DNA of 64,000 nucleotides, taken from an uncultured bacterium. Its GTDB lineage: Bacteria; B130-G9. A program made the position numbers and the translations under genes. The stretch is taken from contig CBDVDH010000013.1 in the NCBI GenBank assembly GCA_965372715.1, forward strand, positions 1 to 64,000, written 5' to 3'. This document shows positions 1 to 10,222 of the stretch, in pieces. Numbering within the stretch: the stretch's first letter is position 1; each line of letters starts with the position of its first letter. Under the pieces are notes generated by a model, which worked only from the letters and a program-made list of their open reading frames with translations, was not told the origin of the DNA and ran no database searches.

Positions 1-95
1 CCGCCCTCAATATCGCGTACCGCAGACAAAGGGCGGCTCGTGAGCCGCCCCTACATGGATTCCCCTTTTCCCCTTTCCCCCTTGGGGAAACTCCC

Positions 96-956
96 CTACA
101 TGTATTTATCAATCAAAAGGCCGAGCCGCCTCCGGATGTCGTCCGATATGTGCTCGCGGCCTGTTATTATCGCGTATTTCAGCGCCTCACGACACGCACA
201 TCGCCGCGCCTCGTCAATCCTCGGGACCACGTCCCTAATCACGGCCATCGCGGCGCCAACATTCTTCTGAAGATTTGCGATGACCTCCTGAATCGTTACG
301 TCCTCGCTCGCCTCCCGCCACACATCGTAGTCTGTAACACACGCAATCGTCGCATAACACATCTCGGCCTCACGAGCCAGCCGCGCCTCCTGCACGTTCG
401 TCATCCCAATCACGTCGAAGCCAAGCTGACGAAACGCCTCGGACTCGGCCCGCGTCGAGAACTGCGGGCCCTCGATGCAGACGTAGGTCCCGCCGTCGTG
501 AACGCGAACGTCGATCCGCTTGCAGGCTTCAACCAGAAGGTTGCGAAGGTTCGGGCAAAAAGGCTCCGCCATGGAGGTGTGAGCCACGATGCCGTCCCCG
601 AAGAACGTCCCGACGCGGCGGAACGTCCGGTCGAACAGCTGGTCGATGATGACGAAATCGAGCGGCCTGATCTCCTCCTTTAGGCTCCCTGTGGCCGTAA
701 CGCCGACGACCGCGTCAACGCCGAGGCTCTTTAATGCGTAGATGTTCGCCCGGAAGTTGATCTCGGTCGGCATTATCCTATGCCCGACGCCGTGCCTCGG
801 CAGAAAAGCGACCTTCACGCCGGCCAGCGTGCCCAAGACGAGCTCGTCAGAAGGGTCCCCGAACGGCGTGTTCACCGAGACCCGCTCGACGTCCGTCAGG
901 CCCTCCATCTTGTAAAGGCCGCTCCCGCCAATCACGCCAACCGTTGCTCTCGCCAT
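96..956 (-). CDS. mtnP: S-methyl-5'-thioadenosine phosphorylase
   Basis: GVIGGSGLY N-terminus, FLPRHGVGH, IEGPQFSTRAES, GMTNVQEA and VTDYD motifs of MTAP. Confidence 0.95.
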   Translation of the reverse strand: MARATVGVIGGSGLYKMEGLTDVERVSVNTPFGDPSDELVLGTLAGVKVAFLPRHGVGHRIMPTEINFRANIYALKSLGVDAVVGVTATGSLKEEIRPLDFVIIDQLFDRTFRRVGTFFGDGIVAHTSMAEPFCPNLRNLLVEACKRIDVRVHDGGTYVCIEGPQFSTRAESEAFRQLGFDVIGMTNVQEARLAREAEMCYATIACVTDYDVWREASEDVTIQEVIANLQKNVGAAMAVIRDVVPRIDEARRCACREALKYAIITGREHISDDIRRRLGLLIDKYM

Positions 957-1111
957 CTATCCCTCCAAACTCAATCCATTTCGCCGCATCATGCTCTTGC
1001 CAAAACGCGCCCGGACGAGGCGCAGACGGGACAGTAACGATACTTGCGGCCGCCAACCTTGTCAAATCAGGACCCGGGGCGAAATCAGATTGGCGTATTG
1101 CATGTAGGACA

Positions 1112-1290
1112 TTTTGGAGTGCGGTGACCTGGCACCGCTTTCGTTGGTGGTGACCCGGCGCCGCCTTCTGATAGACTGCCCCTTCGACCTTGCAGGTAGC
1201 GATTCGGAGATCTGTACGTTAATCGATACGAGCCGGTGCCGCGTCAGGCCGCGGCGAATGAAAGCGGTGCCAGGTCACCGCACTCCAAAG
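1112..1290. repeat. REP-like inverted repeat pair (TTTGGAGTGCGG family)
   Basis: tttggagtgcggtgacctggcaccgcttt (~1113-1141) is the reverse complement of aaagcggtgccaggtcaccgcactccaaa (1261-1289); relatives at ~21190-21335, ~44280-44480 and ~61800-61855. Confidence 0.85.
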
Positions 1291-1576
1291 CACCAACGGG
1301 TGCGACTCACAAGCCGACCGCCTTCGCGACAATCACCCGCTGAAAAAGCTAACCGATTTGAGGTCACGATGGCCATTGCCGTCAACCTGATTATTAGGGG
1401 CCGCAAATAGGAGTTGACAACCACAGCGGACTTTGATATGAAGAGTTCGGAAAATACGCAAACGGGGTCGGAAACGACGATAGGGCGCAGGCTCCAGCTG
1501 TCGCCTATCAGCTTTTCCTCTCGCGGATAGTCAATCCGCAGACTCCCCCTTGCTTGACGGTTTGTCGTTGTGATTC

Positions 1577-1697
1577 GTAGGGGCAGCGCTTGCCCTGCCC
1601 AGATTAGGATTGTAGGGGCAGTGCTTGCCCTGCCCAGATTAGGATTGTAGGGGCGATTCACAAAGCGGTAGCGCGACGGAACGTCAAATCGCCCTAA
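1577..1697. repeat. tandem GTAG-type REP-like palindromes
   Basis: gtaggggcagYgcttgccctgcccagattaggatt twice in tandem plus a third gtaggggcgattc...aatcgccc; relatives at ~31-54, ~3912-3940, 41443-41548, 45584-45643 and 46214-46240. Confidence 0.8.
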
Positions 1698-1714
1698 AGA
1701 CCAGGAGAAGAGAG

Positions 1715-3742
1715 ATGTACTCACGACGAAAGATGAGATTGGCGCTCGCCACCGCGATCACGGTCCTCGCGATCATGGTAGCCGGCGCCTATGCGGGTAA
1801 CATTTACGTTGACGACGATGCCACTTATCCGGGTGGCGGGACACTGCTCGATCCATACAAGAGGATAACTACAGCGTTGGCAGTTGCCACGTATGGCGAC
1901 ACAATCCACGTCGCAGCCGGCCTCTACAACGTTACGCGCAACGGCGAGAGTTTCCCACTGACCATGATAGATGGTGTGTCCCTATCGGGGGAGAACCGGG
2001 ACACAACCACCCTCGACGCAGAAGGTCAGGATTACACCTCATATCACGTCATCTACTGCGATGGGGTGGATGACTTGACCATCGAGGGATTCACGATAAC
2101 CGGTGGTAAGGCGGATGGGACTCAGCGCCCCGACAACGCCGGCGGCGGGATACACTGCCGTACCAACTCTTCGCCCACAATTCAGAATAACACGATCACG
2201 GGCAACTCAGCCGATTACTGCGGGGGCGGGATATTCTGTTACGGGAGTTCACCGACAATCGAAAACAACACGGTCAACAGTAACTCGGCAGAGGCCGGCG
2301 GCGGGATATCCTGCTATGTTAATAGCTCGCCGACCGTTGAAAACAACACGATCAAGGACAACTGCGCAGTAACATTCGGTGGCGGGATAGCTTGCCACCA
2401 CAACAGTTCACCAGCGATCACGAGCAACACAATAAGGGGCAACTCGGCAGGTTCTCACGGCGGTGGGGCGATAGGTTGTCTCTACAGTTCGCCAACCATA
2501 TCAGACAACATAATAACAGAGAACACATCAGACTATTGGGGCGGAGGAATACTCTCCCAGACGAGTTCACCGACAATCCAAAACAATACAGTCAACGGTA
2601 ACTCGGCGCAAGCCGGCGGGGGCATCCACTGCAGAGCTGACTCTTCCCCGATAATCACGAATTGCATCGTCAATGAGAACAGCGCCTATCATGGCGGTGG
2701 CATCTACTGCAATGAGAGTTCGCCCACTGTGGAGGACTGCGCGATTGCTGACAACACTGCCGTCGATGATGGGGGCGGCATCAAGGCCATCTCTCTCTGC
2801 GAATTGACGATCTTGAATTGCCTGGTGACGGGCAACGAGGCGGGTCGGGCCGGCGGCGGCATCCACTGCTGGTACAACTATTGGGTGACGTTGACCAACT
2901 GCACGTTCGCGGACAACATCGCCCGGTGGCCTGCTGTTGGCGGAGCGATCTATAGGGCCGGTACGGTTACAGTCACGAACTGCATTCTTTGGGGTGATTC
3001 GCCGAACGAGGTTACGAGCATGGGGAGCGATGTCGTCGGTGTAACATACTCAGATGTAGATCAGGATGGATACGCCGGGAGCAACGGCAACATCCGCGCG
3101 AATCCCCAGTTCCGAAGCATTGGCTTGGACGACATGCCATACGATGGCTATTTCCTGTATCACGAAACAAACACTACGGGCAGCCCGTGCATCGACGCTG
3201 GTCATCCCAGCGACAATCCGTTTGGAGGCGCAAGCAACTCAGACTACTCCACGGACCATCGCAACAACGCCAGCCCTCTAATGGACACAAACCGCGTCGA
3301 TATGGGCTACCACTACAAGCGCTGGGGCTGCACGTTCATTGAGCTCATCTCCTTTCAGGCGAAGCCGAAGGGCGGTTGCATTGTGCTGACGTGGGAGACG
3401 GGCGCGGAGATTGACAACGCGGGGTTTGTGCTGTTCAGGATCGTTGCGGGCGCGAGCGACTACGTCCAGCTGAGCGATCTGATCGCTGCCGAGGGCACGC
3501 CAGCGGCCGGGGCGTCATACTCGTTCGTTGAGAGCGACGTTGAGCCGGGCGTTACATACAACTACTGGCTGATTGACATCGAGACAAGCGGCAAGTGGAG
3601 GGTTCACGGCCCTGCATCAGCAAGCGTCTCATTCGGGACACAACCCAGGGAATCAGCAACCGTGGGCAAGACACGTGAGATGTTCGGTGATTCAGGCTCT
3701 GTCTGGTCGTTAGGTGATGCGAGGGGTAGAGCAACGAGGTAG
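1715..3742 (+). CDS. secreted right-handed parallel beta-helix protein (DUF1565-like N-terminus)
   Basis: signal peptide, YVDDD...PYKRIT, many GGGIxC..SSPTIxNNTIxxN repeats, SPCIDAG, C-terminal WETGAEIDNAGF domain; aggag RBS. Confidence 0.88.
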   Translation: MYSRRKMRLALATAITVLAIMVAGAYAGNIYVDDDATYPGGGTLLDPYKRITTALAVATYGDTIHVAAGLYNVTRNGESFPLTMIDGVSLSGENRDTTTLDAEGQDYTSYHVIYCDGVDDLTIEGFTITGGKADGTQRPDNAGGGIHCRTNSSPTIQNNTITGNSADYCGGGIFCYGSSPTIENNTVNSNSAEAGGGISCYVNSSPTVENNTIKDNCAVTFGGGIACHHNSSPAITSNTIRGNSAGSHGGGAIGCLYSSPTISDNIITENTSDYWGGGILSQTSSPTIQNNTVNGNSAQAGGGIHCRADSSPIITNCIVNENSAYHGGGIYCNESSPTVEDCAIADNTAVDDGGGIKAISLCELTILNCLVTGNEAGRAGGGIHCWYNYWVTLTNCTFADNIARWPAVGGAIYRAGTVTVTNCILWGDSPNEVTSMGSDVVGVTYSDVDQDGYAGSNGNIRANPQFRSIGLDDMPYDGYFLYHETNTTGSPCIDAGHPSDNPFGGASNSDYSTDHRNNASPLMDTNRVDMGYHYKRWGCTFIELISFQAKPKGGCIVLTWETGAEIDNAGFVLFRIVAGASDYVQLSDLIAAEGTPAAGASYSFVESDVEPGVTYNYWLIDIETSGKWRVHGPASASVSFGTQPRESATVGKTREMFGDSGSVWSLGDARGRATR

Positions 3743-4004
3743 CCGTGCGCGGTCTGTAACGCGCGGGCAATAGCTGGCGGATGGATTATGTCGATGAGCG
3801 CGGTCGCCGCCGCGAATCGAGGGGAACGACCTGAAACCGGGACAAGGAAAGGTAGATCAGATTTGCTCGATCACCGGGTCCGAAGCGCTGTATCTGATTA
3901 AATCGCCATAGGCGGGCGGGTCAGAGACCGCGCCCCTACAGAGACTCAGACCGAGCTAAAGGGCAGGCTCGAAGGCTAAGGAAACAGGCAGGCGCCGGCT
4001 GAGG

Positions 4005-4685
4005 CTATTCTTCTTTCTTGCGTTTCTTGCGCGGCGCCTTCTTTTTGGGCTTCTCTTCGGGTTCCGGAGCCTCTTCAGGCTTTGCCTCCTCTGCCTCCTC
4101 AGTAGGCGCTTCTTCCGGAGCCTCTTCAGGCTCTTTCTCGTCCGCCTCGTCGGCTTCCGGTGCAGGCTCCGCGGCCTGTGGCGCTACCGCTGCCCTAGCT
4201 TTCACCTCGGGCTCTTTCTCTTCAGGCTGTTCGGCCTCTTCAGCCGGTTCCGGCGCTGGCTCTTCCGCTACCTCTGCGGCTGGCTCAGGGGCAACTTCCT
4301 CGAGAGCCTCCTCGACTGGCTCGACTACCGCCTTCTCGATGACCTCGGGTTTGGGCTTAGGGGCAGGCTTAGGCTTCTTGGGCTTGGGATGCTGGGCAGC
4401 GAGCCACTCGGGGCCCATGACCTTGTTGACCGCTTTGGTGAGGCGCGCGATCTTCCTTGCAGCGGTGTTGTTGTGGATTGTGCCCTTACTCGACGTCTTG
4501 GCAACGGTTGAAACGGCTGCCCTGTAAAGGCCTAAAACCTTCTCTTTGTCGGGACCTTGCTTGTCGCTGATTGCGATTCTGAGGGCCTTGATCGCGGCCT
4601 TCATGTGGCTCTTTCGCGCGCGGTTGCGCAGCCTGCGTTCCTTGCTCTGCAGTAGCCGCTTTATTGCAGACTTGTGTTTCGGCAC
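4005..4685 (-). CDS. rpsT: 30S ribosomal protein S20 with long Glu/Pro/Ala-rich C-terminal extension
   Basis: PKHKSAIKR...RRLRNRARKS...KGTIHNNTAARKIARL; GTG start with aggag RBS. Confidence 0.93.
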   Translation of the reverse strand: MPKHKSAIKRLLQSKERRLRNRARKSHMKAAIKALRIAISDKQGPDKEKVLGLYRAAVSTVAKTSSKGTIHNNTAARKIARLTKAVNKVMGPEWLAAQHPKPKKPKPAPKPKPEVIEKAVVEPVEEALEEVAPEPAAEVAEEPAPEPAEEAEQPEEKEPEVKARAAVAPQAAEPAPEADEADEKEPEEAPEEAPTEEAEEAKPEEAPEPEEKPKKKAPRKKRKKEE

Positions 4686-4740
4686 GTATTATCTCCTGTC
4701 CATTCTCGCTGTCCGCCAATACATATCGCTTGAAAGCTTA

Positions 4741-4812
4741 AGCCGGCGATAGGATTTGAACCTACGACCTGCTGATTACGAATCAGCTGCTCTACCACTG
4801 AGCTACGCCGGC
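4741..4812 (-). tRNA. tRNA-Thr(CGT), CCA not encoded
   Basis: reverse complement GCCGGCG TA GCTCAGTGGTAGAGC A GCTGA TTCGTAA TCAGC AGGTC GTAGG TTCAAAT CCTAT CGCCGGC T. Confidence 0.96.
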
Positions 4813-4830
4813 GCGCTGTTGTCGCTATTG

Positions 4831-5043
4831 TCAGAACCCCGGCACGTGATCTATGCACCACATCGAGGCGCTATTGAGCCAGCTTCCGGGGATGATGATG
4901 ACGCAAAGCAGCAATATCACAATGATAACGAGCACTACAATGTCGAGCCTGCGCTCAAGCTCGGGATCGATCTGCACCGAGGTCTCAGCAGCCGCCGCTT
5001 CTCTTGCGGGACGAGTCCCCTTCTTGCTGGCTCCCTTTTTCAT
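4831..5043 (-). CDS. small hypothetical membrane protein
   Basis: 70 aa ORF, one hydrophobic helix, co-oriented between the PPIase and tRNA-Thr. Confidence 0.5.
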   Translation of the reverse strand: MKKGASKKGTRPAREAAAAETSVQIDPELERRLDIVVLVIIVILLLCVIIIPGSWLNSASMWCIDHVPGF

Positions 5044-5063
5044 CCGTCCGTTAAAGGTTGAGG

Positions 5064-6500
5064 TTACCTTGGTCTAAAGACGTCGCGGATGTCGCTCGAC
5101 GAGGGTTCGGCGGACTCGGCGCCGGTCACTTTGTCCTCAAAGACCTCACAGCTGTATTTCTGCTTGAGCGCGTCCATGGACTCCTTTTGGGAGCTCTCGC
5201 GCATCTCGCGGCGCAGCTTGTTGGTAATAAGCGTCTTAACGCGGTCGAGAGGCTTCAGCTGCGACGCCTCCTTCTTCTCGACGTAGAAGATGCTCCAGCC
5301 CTTCTTGGTCTTGATCGGCTCGCTCATCTCGTTCTGCTTGAGCTCAAAGATGACCTTCTCCACGGCAGGCTCGCGGCCGATACCGGGGATGTATCTTCCC
5401 CGGGTGATGTAGCCCAGGTAGCCGCCGTTCTTGGCATTGGTCTTGTCGATCGAGTTCTTCTTGGCGTATGCCGAGAACTTGTCGGTTGTCAGGCCCTTCA
5501 CAAGCGACGTTCTGGCTTTCTTGGCTCGGCTCTCATTCTCCAGAACGAGTATCCTGGCCTTTAGGCGCTCTTTGCTGATGAACTCGTCCTTGTGCTCCTC
5601 GTAGTATTTATTGATTTCCTCATCATTTACCAAAAGATCGTCCGCGATTCTCCGCCTCACCTCGTCTAGCGGGCGGAACGATTCAGGCTCGAGGCTCTCG
5701 ACCTTCAGAATGACTAAAGTCCCCTTCTTGGTCTTCACTATCTCGCTCATCTTGCCCTCTGCGAGCGCGAAGACAGCGCTGTTGACGCCTGGGTCCTTGC
5801 CCAGACCGCGGATGTAGCCGCCGTCCGTGACCCAGCCGAGCAGTCCGCCGCTGCCGGCGGTCGATTCGTCCTTCGACCTCGCCTTGGCAAGCTCCTCAAA
5901 CCGCTCAGGCTCCTTCTTGAGGTCTGCAAGCGTCTTCTGAGCGGCCTGCTCGTCCGAGAACACGATCATCCGGACGCGAGCCCTTGCCTTGGTCTTATAC
6001 TTGTCCTTGTTGGCCTCGTAATACTCCTTGATCTTCTCTTCCGGGACGCCGACCCTATCCTTCATGTGCGCGCGATAGTATTCGTTTTGAAGGATTTTCT
6101 TGCGCGAATCCTCGATCTTCCTCATGATGGCGGGGTCCTTATCCAGCCCGGCGTCAACGGCGGCCCTGGCCAGAAGCTCGTTCTCAACCATCTTGTTCAG
6201 AAGCTCTATCTTGCCGCTCTTGGTCTTGAACTTCGTCTGCATATACACGGGGATATCGGCGATCTCTTGCTCCAGGTCAGCGGTTGTTATCTTAACATCG
6301 CCGATCCTGGCGAGGGCCTCGCCCTCAGTTACCGGTTCGGCCCCTGGCTCGCCCGGCGCCTTTTGCACCGCTGCGGGAGCACCGCCCGAAGGCTGTTGTG
6401 GCTCCTCGCATCCCAAAAACGCAACGACTATCAGAAGCCCTGCCAGCAATGTTACGACATTGCGTATTCCTCTTCTCGATCCTCTCATGCTTTCCTCCAT
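5064..6500 (-). CDS. parvulin-type peptidyl-prolyl isomerase lipoprotein (PrsA/SurA-like, two PPIase domains)
   Basis: lipobox FLGC; two FEELAK.RS.D...GGxLGW-type rotamase domains. Confidence 0.9.
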   Translation of the reverse strand: MEESMRGSRRGIRNVVTLLAGLLIVVAFLGCEEPQQPSGGAPAAVQKAPGEPGAEPVTEGEALARIGDVKITTADLEQEIADIPVYMQTKFKTKSGKIELLNKMVENELLARAAVDAGLDKDPAIMRKIEDSRKKILQNEYYRAHMKDRVGVPEEKIKEYYEANKDKYKTKARARVRMIVFSDEQAAQKTLADLKKEPERFEELAKARSKDESTAGSGGLLGWVTDGGYIRGLGKDPGVNSAVFALAEGKMSEIVKTKKGTLVILKVESLEPESFRPLDEVRRRIADDLLVNDEEINKYYEEHKDEFISKERLKARILVLENESRAKKARTSLVKGLTTDKFSAYAKKNSIDKTNAKNGGYLGYITRGRYIPGIGREPAVEKVIFELKQNEMSEPIKTKKGWSIFYVEKKEASQLKPLDRVKTLITNKLRREMRESSQKESMDALKQKYSCEVFEDKVTGAESAEPSSSDIRDVFRPR

Positions 6501-6605
6501 GATAATAAGGACAAATTCTCAGCCCCGGTACAAGTCCCTTCGAGCCATCCCCGGGGACATTCCGGATTGCGTTAGCGTCGGCTTGCAGGATACAAGACCT
6601 TCGAT

Positions 6606-7559
6606 TCAGCTGTCAAGTTCAGAATCTTGAACCACTACGGCCGACGCCGGGTTCCGCTTTTTGTTTGAGGTCTCGTTTTCCGCCTCTTGCCTCACGTAAT
6701 CCCTTATCGTCTCAGAAACCATCCTATAGGTTATTTTGTTTGCCGCTCGTGAGATGCTCTGTATCGTATATGCCTCGAAATCGCTAAGAGCTTGCACGCA
6801 CTCCGCGTATGGCTTCTTCAGCTTCTCACTCTTGACCTTGAACTCCCCGCTGAGCTGCCTCGCGACCAGTGTGTTGTCAGACCTAATGACGACTTTGTTG
6901 AGCCCAAGCGATCGAGCCTTCTTTGCGGAGAGATACACGGCGGCATACTCTGGGATATTGGGAAGCCGTTTTCCCAAATATCTCGCATATATCGCCAGAA
7001 CCTTGTCGCCTGGTGTAACAATAACGTAAGCGGCCGCAGCATGGCCCGGCGAGCCCTTTGAACCGCCAGCGACATAGATGATCCCGTCGGGTTTGAAACT
7101 GCATTTTGATGCGCTGGTTCCCGTTTTCGTCTGGGCCTTAATCGCCTCTTGAACCATTTTGTCGGCCTCGGTATTTTCAGCGCGAGGGATATGCTCGATC
7201 CCGAAGACTGCGAACTCATCGATTTCGTCTTGGCAGGCCAGAAAAAGGCCCAGAAGCTTGGGGCTTCTGATTTTGTTCAGCCCCATCAACTGCTTCACGA
7301 TGAAATCAGCATCAGACCGAATGAGAACCTCCCTTATACCGAGCTTGTGTGCACGCTTTAGCGCCTCAAGGATTGCGGTATATTCGGCGACGTTGTTGGT
7401 CGTCTCTCCGATGTATTTGGCTTTCTTTGCGAGCGTTGTTTTCTGGTCGGGTGATTTTACGATGTAGGCAATCGCGGAGGGTCCGGGGTTTCCATGTGAA
7501 CCACCGTCAACGTATATGTAAGCAGGCCCGGAGTTCGCTGGTTCTTGTTCAGAAAGCAT
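6606..7559 (-). CDS. ribonuclease HI family protein with two tandem RNase H domains
   Basis: YVDGGSHGNPG, TNNVAEY, IRSD, HIPRAENTEAD; second degenerate copy; start taken at MLSEQ. Confidence 0.88.
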   Translation of the reverse strand: MLSEQEPANSGPAYIYVDGGSHGNPGPSAIAYIVKSPDQKTTLAKKAKYIGETTNNVAEYTAILEALKRAHKLGIREVLIRSDADFIVKQLMGLNKIRSPKLLGLFLACQDEIDEFAVFGIEHIPRAENTEADKMVQEAIKAQTKTGTSASKCSFKPDGIIYVAGGSKGSPGHAAAAYVIVTPGDKVLAIYARYLGKRLPNIPEYAAVYLSAKKARSLGLNKVVIRSDNTLVARQLSGEFKVKSEKLKKPYAECVQALSDFEAYTIQSISRAANKITYRMVSETIRDYVRQEAENETSNKKRNPASAVVVQDSELDS

Positions 7560-7572
7560 CAATCTGAGGCTG

Positions 7573-8316
7573 CTATCGGGATCGCTTTTCTTCGTGCTGC
7601 ACGTCGTAAAACAAGATCCTGGAGCAGCTCTCGCACTGGACAATCGTGCCCCCGCGCCTTATCTCGTCAAAGATTTGGGGACGAATGCTCGTGTAACAGC
7701 CCTGACATATACCTCCGTTGGCTAGAACAACGGCCATGCCGTCCCGGGCCTCGGCGATTCGTTCGAATCTCGCGAGAAGCCGAGCAGAAACCTTAGACCT
7801 CAGCCTTTTGGCACGTTGTTTGAGTTTCTCGATCTCTTTTTCGGTTTTTTCAAGGTCCCGAGTGTATTGCTCTATTTTCTTGTCGTTGTCCCCTTTGACC
7901 TGCCTGTAGGTTTCCTCCTTCTCGGCCCGGCTCTCGCGGAGCCGCTCCACCTCTTCTTCCACGTGGAATATCTGCTCCCCGGTTTCCTCATTCATGCGCT
8001 TGAGGCCGTCTATTTGTCTGAGCATAGCGGCGTATTCGATGTTGGTCTTCACTGTCAGCAGCTGCGCTTGATACTTTTTTAGCTTGGTGCCCCTGTCCTC
8101 AATATCGTTCTCATAGCTTCTCATCTGCGACTCGAGGCTCTGTTCAAGCTTCAAGTTCTGCTCGATTTCGTCCTCATATCGAGCTGTTTCGGCCTCAATC
8201 GCCTTGATATGTTGCGGAATGGTGTTCATTGATTTCTCGATGTCCCTTATCTGCGCCTGGATGCCCTGGAGCTTCACCAGTAGCTGGAGCGCGAGGGTTT
8301 GATTCTTGGGTGGCAC
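7573..8316 (-). CDS. coiled-coil C4 zinc-ribbon protein (DUF164/CT398-like)
   Basis: long coiled coil then CQGC...CESCSRILF; placed next to tRNA-Ile(CAT) and RNase HI as often seen. Confidence 0.9.
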   Translation of the reverse strand: MPPKNQTLALQLLVKLQGIQAQIRDIEKSMNTIPQHIKAIEAETARYEDEIEQNLKLEQSLESQMRSYENDIEDRGTKLKKYQAQLLTVKTNIEYAAMLRQIDGLKRMNEETGEQIFHVEEEVERLRESRAEKEETYRQVKGDNDKKIEQYTRDLEKTEKEIEKLKQRAKRLRSKVSARLLARFERIAEARDGMAVVLANGGICQGCYTSIRPQIFDEIRRGGTIVQCESCSRILFYDVQHEEKRSR

Positions 8317-8405
8317 TAATTCACCTCCTGCCTAGTCCGTGGAAGGCACAAGGCGCCTGTTTCGCAGTGCTCTTGCCCACAGCCCTCAGCAAGGTCAAGA
8401 GAACC

Positions 8406-8480
8406 TGGTGGGCCCACCTGGACTCGAACCAGGAACCTACCGGTTATGAGCCGGGGGCTCTGCCGTTGAGCTATGGGCCC
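8406..8480 (-). tRNA. tRNA with CAT anticodon, most likely tRNA-Ile2 (lysidine)
   Basis: reverse complement GGGCCCATAGCTCAACGGCAGAGCCCCCGGCTCATAACCGGTAGGTTCCTGGTTCGAGTCCAGGTGGGCCCACCA; paired 1-72 so not initiator. Confidence 0.92.
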
Positions 8481-8504
8481 TGTTTCCATAACCACAAGCG
8501 CCTT

Positions 8505-9269
8505 TCATTTGAGATTCTTACGCTCAAAAATGAAGGATGATACGATAACAAGCATTGCACAATATAGCAAACCATAAACGATGGAGCAGATGTAGAAGCC
8601 CGCGGGAATCGCGAACCCGTGAACCGCCTCGTTCTTGACATTGAACTTCGAGAGATTGGGAAGGACATAATAGAGTCCGACGGTGGTTATGTTGACGAAT
8701 ATGTTCTCAGATTGCTCGCCGAAGAACTTCAGATCATTTGACAGGTGCCCGGCTACGTAGGAAAGAAACGTGAAGACCGCGCTGAGAGTGGGCGAGGCGA
8801 AAGTCGAGAAAAGAAGAGCGAGTCCAGTAACCACCATAACTTCTACATATATAAGCAGGATTGCCAGGCCCAAGTCAAGAGACCACGTGCCACGCATTAG
8901 CCGAACCGACAGATAGAAGAAGACCGACATCACCACCATGTTCACGAGAATCGTCAGATTCAGACCTGCATACTTGCCGATTATGAACTGGTAACGATGG
9001 ATTGGCTTTGAGATGATCGTATAGACGGTTCTCTTGTCGATCTCCTTGTGGACGAGCGTCGTCCCCACGAAGATCGCCACTAAGAGGCTGAATACCGATA
9101 TGCTTCCTAGACCGAGGTCCTTCACGATCTTGATCTCCTGCCCGACCGACAGAAAGCCAAATATGCGCGAGGCAACGATCATGATGAGCGCGAATACGAC
9201 GAGCAGAATGAACACCTTGTCCCTGACCGTTTCCCTGAAGGTGTTAAGGCAGATGGCCCAGGTTTTCAT
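8505..9269 (-). CDS. ABC-2 type transporter permease
   Basis: NTFRETVRDK, EIDKRTVYTIISKPI, about six TM helices. Confidence 0.9.
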   Translation of the reverse strand: MKTWAICLNTFRETVRDKVFILLVVFALIMIVASRIFGFLSVGQEIKIVKDLGLGSISVFSLLVAIFVGTTLVHKEIDKRTVYTIISKPIHRYQFIIGKYAGLNLTILVNMVVMSVFFYLSVRLMRGTWSLDLGLAILLIYVEVMVVTGLALLFSTFASPTLSAVFTFLSYVAGHLSNDLKFFGEQSENIFVNITTVGLYYVLPNLSKFNVKNEAVHGFAIPAGFYICSIVYGLLYCAMLVIVSSFIFERKNLK

Positions 9270-9275
9270 TCTCGG

Positions 9276-10214
9276 TTACCCCTCGCCTTGTTCAGGTCCT
9301 ATGAACTCGATGAAATGGTCCTCCAGCGTTCCTCTGGTCTTCGTAAGCGAATCGATCACCCCCTTGGCTTCCATCACGATGCGCTGCATCTCGGCCAGGT
9401 TCTCCTTCCCTTCGATAAGAAGATGGACCCTGTCGTCGCGTCGCTCCAACTTGCTCGAGAGCCGAGACAAACCGTCAAGCACATCATCAGGCACGTCCGT
9501 TATGACGGCCTCGTAGGAGGCGCGTTTCGGCGTCAGCATCTCCTGAAGTCTGCCCTTGTTGACCAGACGCCCGTCCCTCAGTATCCCAACGTGGTCGCAC
9601 AGGAGCTCCGCGTCCTGAAGTATGTGTGAGCTGAAGAAAACGGTTTTGCCAGCGGACTTCAGGTCGTGGATCATTTCTCTGATTCTCCGCCTGCCGACGG
9701 GGTCGAGCCCGCTCATCGGCTCATCGAGGAAGAGAAGCTTGGGATCGTTGATTAGGCTCTGGGCAATCCCGAGCCGCTGCCTCATGCCGTGCGAGAGTTT
9801 TCTAACCTGGAGGTCGGCCGCGTGTTCGAGTCCGACCCGTGCCAAAAGGTCATTCACGCGCTTGAGGCGCTCCGTCTTGTGAATCCTGAAGAGGCGGCAG
9901 TAGAAATCCAGCAGCTCCTTGCAGGTCAGATACTCGTAGAAATACGGGTTCTCCGGTAAAAAGCCTATCTGGGCTTTGACGGAAAGGTCCCCCAACGGCT
10001 TGTTCAGGACCCGGGCTGTCCCGGACGTCGGAAACAGCAGGCCGACGAGTATCTTCAGAGTTGTGGTCTTGCCCGCGCCGTTCGGGCCCAGAAAACCAAA
10101 TATCTCGTTCTCTGCAACAGTCAGGTCCAATCCGTTCAGCGCTTTCACGCTCTTGCGGCGAACCCCCGAACGGTATGTCTTCCTCAGCCCGATTATCTCG
10201 ATCACATGTCCCAT
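9276..10214 (-). CDS. ABC transporter ATP-binding protein
   Basis: GPNGAGKTT, LSHGMRQR, LFLDEP; start taken at MGHVIE. Confidence 0.95.
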   Translation of the reverse strand: MGHVIEIIGLRKTYRSGVRRKSVKALNGLDLTVAENEIFGFLGPNGAGKTTTLKILVGLLFPTSGTARVLNKPLGDLSVKAQIGFLPENPYFYEYLTCKELLDFYCRLFRIHKTERLKRVNDLLARVGLEHAADLQVRKLSHGMRQRLGIAQSLINDPKLLFLDEPMSGLDPVGRRRIREMIHDLKSAGKTVFFSSHILQDAELLCDHVGILRDGRLVNKGRLQEMLTPKRASYEAVITDVPDDVLDGLSRLSSKLERRDDRVHLLIEGKENLAEMQRIVMEAKGVIDSLTKTRGTLEDHFIEFIGPEQGEG

Positions 10215-10222
10215 GTTAGCGA

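Noticed and set aside
1577-1660. possible mini CRISPR
   Set aside because: Head-to-tail 35-bp REP-like units with no spacers.
1275-1724. 149-aa minus-strand ORF
   Set aside because: Spans REP repeats and the upstream region of the beta-helix gene, with no coding signal.
6500-8500. RNase P RNA, often found near this gene cluster
   Set aside because: No GAGGAAAGTCC-type conserved motif seen and too little intergenic space.
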